Assembly (NCBI GenBank): GCA_964019425.1
Contig: OZ025803.1
Span: 496,001 to 560,000 of the forward strand
DNA: 64,000 nucleotides
Source of the DNA: Flectonema sp. DT1601
Lineage: Eukaryota
Direction of reading: 5' to 3'
Part shown: positions 35,503 through 45,467 of the stretch, piece by piece
How the letters are laid out: each line of letters opens with the position of its first letter
Position numbering within the stretch: the first letter of the stretch is position 1
The notes under the pieces: generated by a model
Seen by the model: the letters and a program-made list of their open reading frames with translations, nothing else
The model's database searches: none
Told to the model about the DNA's origin: nothing
Position numbers and translations under genes: made by a program

Positions 35503-38500
35503 TCACTCTCTGTCATTGACATTATTTACATACCTGTTGCGAACTCCAAGACGCTTTACAGCAAGCTGTTCATCATCTCTAAGTCCGGCATCGAGAAGTT
35601 CTGTAGTGAATTGGTCAACAGTCGTATCATTAGAATCAGTTGTTGTTACTGATACTGATTGATGTGTTAATCTATCAGATGATTCAACTCTTGATATTGA
35701 AGCTGATGAAATAATAGGAGCGTGATTAGGTGGAGGAGGTGGTGATGCAGTCACAGCTCCATCACTAATATTATCTGGACTCAATGAAACAGTCGTAACG
35801 TAATCTTTCAGAGCTGAACAGAGAGAAGGATTGTCTTCGTATGATGATCTCCAAGTCGGTTGAACATTTGACATTTCTGGTGATCCTGAAAACTGTGGAG
35901 CTCCACCGTCAGCCACTTCATTTTCTGCTCTCTGCTCGCGGTTTCTCGCTCTTTCTAACATTGTTCGCATAGTGACGTCGGTACCTTCAGGATCTCTATC
36001 GAGTCTTGTCTTTGCTTTCATCTTCGCCTCTTCCAACATGTCGCTGAAACTTTTCAACGGAGCGGAATCACGAGATGACTCAGAAGTTCCTCCTTCTGAT
36101 TGGAGTTGAGATTCTCCCAATCCAAATACTTTCTTTGAGCTTTCAGAAGCCTCCGGTTTGGGCTGCTCATCAAATGTTTCAACGACGTCGAGTGCAGCAG
36201 CTGAGCCCTCTCCGAAAGTTTTAACGGAGGTCGGCTTTGTTCTCGACATTACCAACGATGATGATGGCAATGGTGTTGGTGTTGTTGTTGTTGTTGTTGA
36301 TTCTACAGTCGATGTGATTGAAGGAGCCGCAAAAGGAGGAATGTTGCTGTCAATTGTTTTATTCTTATTACTGAAAGTACTTGTGTAACTTGAGCTACCA
36401 ATACTGCTGACGCTATTTCTTCTCTTTACCTTAGCACTGTCTGATAAATCATCGAGAGAAGAGAGTGGTTTAGCGTAACCATCTGAGATACTCTTCGTCC
36501 TCTCAGATAGTCTAGCTAAAATACTGGAGACTTTACAAAGACTGAGGCTGTCAGGAGTGGAGGGGTTTTTCGCAGGTTTCTCCCGAGGCGTTGTTGGCTC
36601 AGAAGCGACGCTAGCTGCCGTAGTTGTAGTCGCAATGCTGTCTAAGCCAAGACTTATGTAGCTGCTGCTACTTCGAGGAGTGCTTACTACAGGAATCGTA
36701 ACTGTACTTCGATCTGACTGATTGTCATCTTCCTTTTGAACTTTTGTTACAATCTGAGACTTTGAAGCGACGAGTTCTTTCTCTTGTTTTTCAAGTTCTT
36801 GTGCTTGACTTTCGACCTTCGTTGTTAGTTTTGAATTCGCTTCTTGTAAAAGTTGTATTTCCGATCGGAGGTGATCATCGCTGTCAGCTCGGCTTCTCAT
36901 TTCGAATATCTTTTCATTTAATAACTCCAACTGTGCTGTCTGATCTTCCTTTTGTTCTAAAGAACGAATTGTCTCTTCAAGTTGTCTACACTTGCTAGAC
37001 AGATTTAGGGTGTCGATTTCATACTTTGTAATCTCAGCATTCCTCGCAGATATTTGCATTTCTAAACCTTCACAAGTAATTTCGAAGTCTGATTCTTTGG
37101 CTGTTGCTTCTTTCATCATTGCTTCTAAGCTTGTTACCTTACTCTGAAGTATTCCAACCTTTTGTACTTCTTGTTTGTTTGATTCTCGTTCTTTGTCAGC
37201 CATAGTTCTGACAGTTTGCATTAAATATTTTGTTACTTTTAAAACTTCTGGTGTTCCGCAATCGATAACAGCAGCGGAGAAGGTTCGAAGTTCAGATTCT
37301 GTGTACGGAAGAGCAGATGTCACCAACCAGTCAAGAATCTCACGACGTCTCGGAGAAGAGAAACTAATTTCTGATCGAACTTGTGGTGTAGTCGCATCAC
37401 CTGATCCACTCACAAATGGTGGGATTCCACTAATTCCTCTAAAAATAGGAGGAGGTAGTGGAGCCATATCAGAGTCAGTTGTGATGATCTCTACAACTGA
37501 CTCTTCTTCATTCAATTCCTCTACGGGTATCTCACCTGCTAATTCTGATTTTACAGGAGACGGTTCAAAAGTAGTTAATCGAGCATTCTTAAATATTTCA
37601 GGACTTACTTTGCTCGCATATTTCTTAATAAAGTCTGGAGTGTCATTAATCTCTTCATCAATATTAGATTGTTGTTCTTCATATTCAACAGTTGTATTGT
37701 CAGTGTCAGACGTAGTTCTTGAGGCTGCATGTGGAGGTGGAGACAACACTATTCCATTATCGTCGAGGCTTGCTATTGGAATGCTAAGACCTGCGTCTAG
37801 AATTGCTCTTTCAAAGGCGTTTAGGAGTGAGTTTGCTTGTGGATGGCAATTACGCTCATCATCAATGAGAGATAACGTCATGACTTGCTCGCCTTCATCA
37901 TCATGTGGAATAAGTTTAACTACAGCACATTCATCATGGTCTGAGGTTGCTATTTCTTGAAGCTGAACATATCGAAGCATCCGTTTAATATTTCCTTCAA
38001 AGTCACAGAGAAGAGCAGCTTCTCGACAGACTGCTATTACAGAGTCGATCTTTTTACCAGACTTTGTTAATTGATGTACTACTCTGATAAAGATTGCTTC
38101 GATATTTTCAAAAGAGTGAATTAAAGATTCATGCATAGCACAAATGTTAACTGAACCAGGGGACTTACGAAGACTATCAGCAAGGGGAGCGAATGCAGCC
38201 AATGGAGGTTGTGGTTCACCGCGAAGACCTAACTCTGATGCTTTATTGAGGTCTCGTCGTAGTTGATGAAGCACTAGTAGTTCTTTGGCTTCTTTTGGAC
38301 TTTGCGGTCGTACTTCAAGTAAACGATCTTCTCTACGTGGGATTTCCCAAAGAAGAACATCAACAACATCAATGCCATCACACAACCAACTAACTGTTTG
38401 AAGTTTAAGTGAATCATCACCTTGAAGAACTGGTAGTGGTAGTCTGAATGAATGATGTTTATAATATTCCAGGGTTGATAAAATAAGATCAGAATCGTTA

Positions 38501-38823
38501 CTTTTAATTAAAAGATCAACTGTTGTTCCAATACGAGGACATCCTCTAAGTAATATCAAATCATCTTTAACAATAATTGAATCGACTTCTGATAGTCTCG
38601 CGTAGTAAGTTACTCTGCCGTCATCACTTCCGACAGCAACACTTTCCGCGGTCACCATTAAAAGTCGTTTGTGAATATCATAATCTTCCTCTCCACATAT
38701 CTGTTCTACAGGAGTTATTACGAGAGGTGTACTTCTGCCGTACGTCTCAAACTTTCTTTTAAACTCATCTCTTACATGTCGAGGAGGTGGTGATGTCACC
38801 TCCGAGATGGCTGTCGTTGGCAT
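35503..38823 (-). CDS. tandem PH-like domains + coiled coil + S/T-rich tail (paralog A)
   Basis: KRLLMVTAESVAV and RVVHQLTKSGKKIDSVIAVCREAALLCDFEGNIKR look like PH/TH1-type strands; high similarity to 40914-42494. Confidence 0.75.
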   Translation of the reverse strand: MPTTAISEVTSPPPRHVRDEFKRKFETYGRSTPLVITPVEQICGEEDYDIHKRLLMVTAESVAVGSDDGRVTYYARLSEVDSIIVKDDLILLRGCPRIGTTVDLLIKSNDSDLILSTLEYYKHHSFRLPLPVLQGDDSLKLQTVSWLCDGIDVVDVLLWEIPRREDRLLEVRPQSPKEAKELLVLHQLRRDLNKASELGLRGEPQPPLAAFAPLADSLRKSPGSVNICAMHESLIHSFENIEAIFIRVVHQLTKSGKKIDSVIAVCREAALLCDFEGNIKRMLRYVQLQEIATSDHDECAVVKLIPHDDEGEQVMTLSLIDDERNCHPQANSLLNAFERAILDAGLSIPIASLDDNGIVLSPPPHAASRTTSDTDNTTVEYEEQQSNIDEEINDTPDFIKKYASKVSPEIFKNARLTTFEPSPVKSELAGEIPVEELNEEESVVEIITTDSDMAPLPPPIFRGISGIPPFVSGSGDATTPQVRSEISFSSPRRREILDWLVTSALPYTESELRTFSAAVIDCGTPEVLKVTKYLMQTVRTMADKERESNKQEVQKVGILQSKVTSLEAMMKEATAKESDFEITCEGLEMQISARNAEITKYEIDTLNLSSKCRQLEETIRSLEQKEDQTAQLELLNEKIFEMRSRADSDDHLRSEIQLLQEANSKLTTKVESQAQELEKQEKELVASKSQIVTKVQKEDDNQSDRSTVTIPVVSTPRSSSSYISLGLDSIATTTTAASVASEPTTPREKPAKNPSTPDSLSLCKVSSILARLSERTKSISDGYAKPLSSLDDLSDSAKVKRRNSVSSIGSSSYTSTFSNKNKTIDSNIPPFAAPSITSTVESTTTTTTPTPLPSSSLVMSRTKPTSVKTFGEGSAAALDVVETFDEQPKPEASESSKKVFGLGESQLQSEGGTSESSRDSAPLKSFSDMLEEAKMKAKTRLDRDPEGTDVTMRTMLERARNREQRAENEVADGGAPQFSGSPEMSNVQPTWRSSYEDNPSLCSALKDYVTTVSLSPDNISDGAVTASPPPPPNHAPIISSASISRVESSDRLTHQSVSVTTTDSNDTTVDQFTTELLDAGLRDDEQLAVKRLGVRNRYVNNVNDRE

Positions 38824-40913
38824 CAATCCTCTCGCGTGTTGTTCTTAGTTTTGGGAAAGGTGGATGCTGCAGAAAGAAAGAAATAACATTACAAAATTTA
38901 CTCAGAAATACATCACAAATGCAACCTATCAACACGGTTATCATATTTTCAGTTATCGCTGGAAAAGGAAAGGTTAACCACACAAATCATGATCCACAAG
39001 AACATAAGAGGGGAACGTAGAGCTCTCCTGTACACAGTTTAAGCGAAAAAAGATCACACACCCAAATGAAGTGCGTCTTAAAGTAAGAAAATACTAATGG
39101 TTGGAGAATGGGAAACAGATTCTTCTTTTCTTTTTATTTATTTTTTTTTTTTCTCCCCTTAACATTATTTAAGTAACAAGGAAAAATTGAATATAAATTA
39201 AGCGCTGTCCCAAAATATTAACAAAGACCGGAGGGGGGTCTTGCCTTCATAGAAGGTAGCAGCGTATAAAGACCTTGCTGTTTTTTTTACTGTTTTGTAT
39301 GATTAATGACTTCATTACCTAATTGACCGCATCTTTAAAAAAATAATGTGAGATTGCGAAAACAAATGATAACAGAAAACAGTACATCACAAACAATTCA
39401 ACTAAGGTTGCAGCTGTCTCAAGGGAAGCAAGAAAAAAAAATATTTTACCAAAGTCAAAACAAATTGAAGGAATAAAAAAAATATATAAAAAAAAAATCA
39501 ATTTTCTTCTTTTTTTTTTTTATCTTTTTTTTTTTTTAATTATTAATGGGGGACAACTAAATACTACTACAGGAACCGAAACGAAGAACGATTTCGGTAA
39601 ATGAAAAAAAAAAAAAAATATATATATATTAGGAATTGATCATCTGGATTTTTCTTTTTTCTAGCTCGACTATGGCAATGCTATGAAATGACATTTTTAA
39701 TCATGAGTTTCTGTGACAAAAAATAACAACTTCGAAGCACCACACATAAGTTTTGAAAGCAAACACAAAAAAAAAAAAAAACAGGTAACGAAATACCTTG
39801 TTAATTTTTTTTTTTTTCACTATTTTTTTTTCAGTTTTTTTTTTTTTTTTTTTGCTTTTTCTATAAAAATTAAACAGCAAGGTTCCTACAAGATAAGAAT
39901 ATCTGAAAAACGACAGTCAACAAAAAAAAATTTTAAAAAAAGTTGAGGTAGGGAGGCGGGGAGGGGAAGGTTTTGCAAGTGCAACTTCACTGCTTTTAAT
40001 GCGCGTAGGTACAAAAACTAGGTTTCACTAAACCGATAAACGATTACTCAGTATTAAACATGAAGACGATAACTTCACATTTCATGGGAGTACTAAACTA
40101 TTACAATTTCAGATAATAATAATAATATATTTTTTCCTTTTCTTTTGTTCTTGATTATCAATGATAGAATGACAAGAATTTCTTGGTTATAAAACAAAAA
40201 AAAAAAAAAAAAATTCTCTCTCTTTTTTTTTTCTTTCTCATTGCTTTTTTTTTTTTTTTTGTTAGAGTATGTCACCCTTACTACAGCAAAGAACTTCGCT
40301 AATGAAGAAAATGAGTGGGGAGAGGAAAGTGACTATGGAGGGTAACTTGATACCGGTTACAACGGGTTGCCATGTAAGAAGACCAACACATAGTATCGAC
40401 AGGGAAGGGCGGGAAACACAAGTGATCCAATAAATGTTAATAACTCCAATATAATTATAACAAATTCGAATATCGAAGCACAACTAGTAAATGTGAAGAA
40501 CAACTGTCAACCAGTAAAGGAAACAGCGATCACAATAAAAAAAATGAAAAATAATGTAAACAATTGGTAGAAACCAACATTGAATAAATGAGGCAAGGGG
40601 AAAAAAGGTACCTTACTCAGAAAAAGTATATAAAAAAACACATTTCGTCTTCCTTATGTGCGTTTGTTTTATCAATTTTTTTAAATTCTGCAGTACAATC
40701 GCATAAAAAAGGTAGTCGGTTTATGAAAAAGAAAACAGTAATAAGTAAAACAGTGGAGACCTTACAGAATTAAAAGCAAGCCTGACTTAAAAAACAAATT
40801 AGTTGGAAAATTTAGAAATCTAAAGGGCTAAAAGGACTACGGCCTTTCAGTAGCGCTCACTTCTCTAATAGAAGAGAGGGGAGAGGAGGGATGGTTTCTA
40901 TTTTTAAAATGGT

Positions 40914-42494
40914 TTAAACAACTCCTCCTTCAAGACGCTCCACTGTTTCTTTTAACGTATTAATAGTAGCCTCTAACTCTTGGTATTTATTTGTTCTTTT
41001 CGTCTCTTCATCTCTCAGACTCGATTCTAAACTATCGCACTTACCTTTCAACTCTAATTCTCTTTGTGAAGCCTGTCGCTTCGTTGCTTCTAAGCTTGCG
41101 ACCTTTCCCTGAAGGAGAACAATTTTTTTAATTTCTTGTTTGTTTGATTCTCTCTCTTTGTGTGACATTGTCTTCACAGTATCCATTAAGTACTTTGTTA
41201 CATCTAGTACTTCTGGGGTCTCACAGTCAATAACTGCCGTCGAGAAGGTTTCAAGTTGAGACTCTGAGTACGGTAAAGCAGATTTAACGAGCCATTTTAA
41301 GATATCACGACGGCGAGGAGTCAACGCTGATGGTAATTCCGGTGTTGTTTTAATCGGAGATTTACATCCACGTTTTGGGAGCTTCAGTCTGATGGTCTCT
41401 CTGCGATTTTCTTCTTCAACTATTTCAGTTGATATTAAGTTCCCTTCTAATAGTTGGTTGTCGTCATCATTTGTGAGGCGAACTTTTGCTTTTGAATCCA
41501 ATACCGCCCTCTCAAGAGCGTTAATAAGAGATCTGAGTTGTGGATGACAATTTCTGTCGTCGTCAATCAACGCGAGTTTCATAATCTCCTCACCTTCCTC
41601 TGAGAGTGGAGTTAGTTGAACTACTGGAGTCGTAGTAGTCATCGTTGATGAGATCTCTTGTAGTTGTTGATAACGTAGCATTCGTTTAACATTACCTTCA
41701 AAATCACAAAGGAATACTGCTTCACTGCAGACTGCTATTACTGAGTCTATCTTCTTACCACTTCTGGTTAATTGCTGAACAATTCTAAGAAAGATTGCAT
41801 CAATCTTACTAAAGGCTGGCACTAGAGATTCGTGCATAGCACATCTGATGGATGTTTTTTTACTTGTGTACCTATCAAGTGGACGAGGCTCACCGCGAAG
41901 TCCTTTTTCGGCTTTTGAAAGATCGTGTCTAAGCTGATAAAGCATCATGAGCTCCTTTGCCTCAGCTGGTGATGATGGACGAACGTTTAGATGAGATTCT
42001 TCACGACGAGGGATCTCCCAAAGTAAAGCATCCACCATATCAAACCCATCGCTTAACCATCCGACAGAATGAAAATCAAGAGATTCACTAGCCTGAATTA
42101 CAGGAAGTGGTAGTCTAAATGTTTGCGACTTGTAGTAAACGGCATTCGCAACAATCGATGCCGCTTTGGAACTTTTAATTAACAAATCAACAGTAGTTCC
42201 AATACGTGGGCAGCATCTAAATAATAATAATTCTCTACCAACAACAACAGAGTCAATCTCTGATAACCTAGCGTAGTACATTACTGATCCGTTTCTGCAA
42301 CCAATTGATATACTCTCGTGAGTAATCATCAGTAATCTATCAGAGAGAACATCGCAGTCTTCTTCTCCACAAATTTGCTCAACCGGTAAGAAAACATGTG
42401 GAGTTGTTCTACCGTAGGTTTCGAATTTCTTTACATATCCGGCAGTCACAATCGGGGCTGGGGTCTCTAAAAAGGAAGAGCTTGACGGGGACAT
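40914..42494 (-). CDS. tandem PH-like domains + coiled coil (shorter paralog B)
   Basis: Shares KFETYGR, CPRIGTTVDLLIKS, LLWEIPRRE, SGKKIDSVIAVC, SALPY and ERESNKQE with paralog A; probable start MSPSSSS (42494). Confidence 0.78.
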   Translation of the reverse strand: MSPSSSSFLETPAPIVTAGYVKKFETYGRTTPHVFLPVEQICGEEDCDVLSDRLLMITHESISIGCRNGSVMYYARLSEIDSVVVGRELLLFRCCPRIGTTVDLLIKSSKAASIVANAVYYKSQTFRLPLPVIQASESLDFHSVGWLSDGFDMVDALLWEIPRREESHLNVRPSSPAEAKELMMLYQLRHDLSKAEKGLRGEPRPLDRYTSKKTSIRCAMHESLVPAFSKIDAIFLRIVQQLTRSGKKIDSVIAVCSEAVFLCDFEGNVKRMLRYQQLQEISSTMTTTTPVVQLTPLSEEGEEIMKLALIDDDRNCHPQLRSLINALERAVLDSKAKVRLTNDDDNQLLEGNLISTEIVEEENRRETIRLKLPKRGCKSPIKTTPELPSALTPRRRDILKWLVKSALPYSESQLETFSTAVIDCETPEVLDVTKYLMDTVKTMSHKERESNKQEIKKIVLLQGKVASLEATKRQASQRELELKGKCDSLESSLRDEETKRTNKYQELEATINTLKETVERLEGGVV

Positions 42495-42775
42495 CAGTAG
42501 AGATGTGTGACCTGAATGGGAATGAAAGTTAGTTTTCAACAACAACAATAAAAGTATACCAACTCACAGTCCTTTTACATAAGTAGTTTATTATCAGCTG
42601 ACTAGTTAGGAAATGAAATGTAATATTATAATAATCTAATTAACCAAAACAGTAACAACCTCAGGCGACTACTGATCACCTTACTTAATGTGAAGGTTGA
42701 AAACACGCGGACGTCAGAAACAATTAAATTAGCACTCGGAAGATGGAACTAAATCCACAAGTAGTGTTGTCAACT

Positions 42776-43294
42776 TTATAACGCGTCGTACTCGGTATTG
42801 TCGATTGGCGATAGAGACATGCCAGTCTTTGTATTAATTTCACTAAGTGTCATTCCTGGATTCCAATCAGTAAGTCTCCCAACTACTTCATATTTGTTGT
42901 TTATTTTTGTAACCCATTTATATAACTCATCCCAATTCTCGTTGTTGAGATCATTTAAAGTCTGCTTTCCTTCGACGCCATCTCTTTCGAACATGGTCGC
43001 AAGACACCTGGTTGCTTCTTTTCCAGTTAGGTAACCATAAGCTCCCTTTTTAGCGTAGTTTTCTGGAGACCTGCTGACATCAAAAATATAAGATAGCACT
43101 GACAGTAACATGATACGTCCTCCAGTTGTTTGGTAAACGTTACTAAGTTGTGATGTAGTCATCAAGCAGTTCTTTTCACTAACACACTCCGATAGATGTC
43201 CGCCTTCGTGTTGTGGTGGAACGCGGTTTTCATATTCGGTGAATGTAAATATAAGAAATAACCAAAAACAGGTCCACCCGATGACTTTTAACAT
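42776..43294 (-). CDS. cytochrome b5-like heme/steroid-binding (MAPR family) protein
   Basis: N-terminal TM; MTTSQL...LLSVLSYIFDVS...Y...GAYGYLTGKEATRCLAT...W...KYEVVGRL. Confidence 0.88.
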   Translation of the reverse strand: MLKVIGWTCFWLFLIFTFTEYENRVPPQHEGGHLSECVSEKNCLMTTSQLSNVYQTTGGRIMLLSVLSYIFDVSRSPENYAKKGAYGYLTGKEATRCLATMFERDGVEGKQTLNDLNNENWDELYKWVTKINNKYEVVGRLTDWNPGMTLSEINTKTGMSLSPIDNTEYDAL

Positions 43295-44521
43295 TGTGAT
43301 TACTTATTTAGTTCATGTTCCTGTTGGTTAAATAATTTGTTATGAAAAAAAATATTCTAACCAACCACAACCACAGACATAATGATCTATGAATAGCTTC
43401 GCAGATCAGTAGAGATTCAAATTAAAAAAAAAGAATCTCTTTTTTTTTTATATATATTTTTTGGTGCTCATCTAAATGTTTTATTTCGGTTGATCATATT
43501 TCTTGTTTGGGTTCTTTTTTTTTTCTTTTTTTTCTTCTTCTTTTTTCTGTGTGCCTTTTGTAATGTAGTTGTTCGCCGCATCAACCACACTCAGTGATGA
43601 TGCGGGAGTTGGAAGGCGAGAAGAAAAATAAATAAATAAAAGAAACAAGGAAATACAACGAGTGTATTATAATGCAGCATGGATCACTACTTGAAAAGAG
43701 AAAACAACAAATATGCGATTTAAATCTGCTGCAATGAGTATGTTCTTATTATTATTTTTTTTTTTTTTTTGTTCTTTTAAAAAACAGAACATTTATTGTT
43801 ACCTACTATTAATTCTTTTCTTTCTCCCCCCCCCCCTCCTCTTCTGTTTTTTATTTTCCAGTTCAAGTAATCCGAGCTACTGGGTAACAAAAAAATATTT
43901 TATGTTTGCCTCATGACGTCTGTCAATAAGACGTTCAATGAATGTAGTCGTAATATTCCGACTTGTACAGTGGCATACCAGTGCAATACAGGAATTCGAT
44001 TTTATTTATTTATTTTTTAAAAAAAAAAACATTTCTTTCCGAATGTATGCAAGCAAACTCGAGAGTTTGCTGCTTTCAAAAGGTAAAAATCAGAAAGAAT
44101 CACACGCACACAGAAAAAAAAAAAAAAAAAAGTTTTTTTAAAATTGACGACCCAGTTTCAATTTTTTTCTGATAAACAAATATGCTAGCGTAGGTAACCA
44201 AAGAAAAATCGTGCACTATAAATAGGTCGAATCAAAATACTAATAAAAATGATGAGAGAACAACACTACCAAAACTGAATTGATAAAGCTACCTGATACA
44301 GACAAACCGATACAACGAACTAAAAATACTATGACGGATCTCTGCAGAAGGAAGTCTTCCACTTTCGATTGATAAAAACTAAGATTCCTCTCCAATTCCA
44401 ACAGTTAAGGGAACGGACTTCAAGGTCAACCCTTTTAAAGGGACTTCTTGAACACTCTCAGTGTTATCAAAATGAGGAAAGAAAAAGAAATATGGTATCC
44501 TCCAACCAACGACTAGCTATT

Positions 44522-45281
44522 TTACAGCAGCGGTCTACGTACGATTCGATAGCAGCAGTTTTTAGCCTGTTTTTTTTTTGATTTGAATAAATCTGATAAT
44601 TGAACATCAAAAAAAAAAAAAAATGTACCAAACAAATATTTTTTTATAACTCGCTACATACTTGCACTGCTTCGCAGAATATTCGGGCAAACCGCAAAAC
44701 TTGCTGCACGGCATTTGGAGTGCAGAAGTAGACATCCAGAGTGAAGGCTGACCGTTCTGGCCACTGTGTTTTATTATAAGAATCACATTTAAACTAAACA
44801 ATACACAAGAGAGACTAATAATATTTGCGACACATACAGTATGAACGGCATAGTGACTGGTTGAAAGTAATCCCAGAAGTGTCGCACCTTGAGGGGTGAA
44901 TGCGTGATCAACATGTTTAAGAACAGTTGATCCACAGCACTCAGTAGCACTGTTAAGTAGATTTAGAAGCATGGTGTTGTTGTTTAGGATTTCAGGATCA
45001 GCTCCGTATCCGTCAGCCATGACTTGTCCACCACCTGTTGGAAAGTCTCCATCAATCGCTGGAACAACAGGTTCAGAGATGTTCTCTTTGTGTGTTAAAC
45101 AGAGTTGCCATTCTTTATCTCCTTTAGCTGGTTCAAAACACCTCTCAGCCATGTCATCATCAGTGGCACTGTATTCAATTAATCCTCTCATAAGTTGTGG
45201 ACCCATTAAAGCTAGTACAATACCAATTAGTGAAACGATCAAAACACCAGACACGAATCCTGATGATGTTCTCATATTCAT
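44522..45281 (-). CDS. bacterial-type (class 1B) pyruvoyl S-adenosylmethionine decarboxylase homolog with N-terminal membrane anchor, 3 exons
   Basis: GQVMADGYG...HAFTPQGATLLGLLSTSHYAVHT|WPE...LDVYFC after removing introns 44764-44837 and 44567-44661; stop at 44524-44522. Confidence 0.82.
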
Positions 45282-45467
45282 TTATTATCCTTCTGTTTTT
45301 GAAAAAAAAAAAAAATGATTCTTATAATTACATTTGATTTGAACCGCTGTTTTTTTTTTTTTTTTTTTTTTTCTCAAGTAATTTCATAAACTAATGCAGC
45401 GAAAAAACGCTGTTTCTATAATCGGAGTTTTTGTGTATCAATTTCCCTTCTGATGGGGATTGGTAAC

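Noticed and set aside
37175..37960. 261-aa plus-strand ORF, and other plus-strand ORFs such as 61610-62335 and 2405-2818
   Set aside because: They are antisense shadows of well-supported minus-strand genes and show no recognisable motifs.
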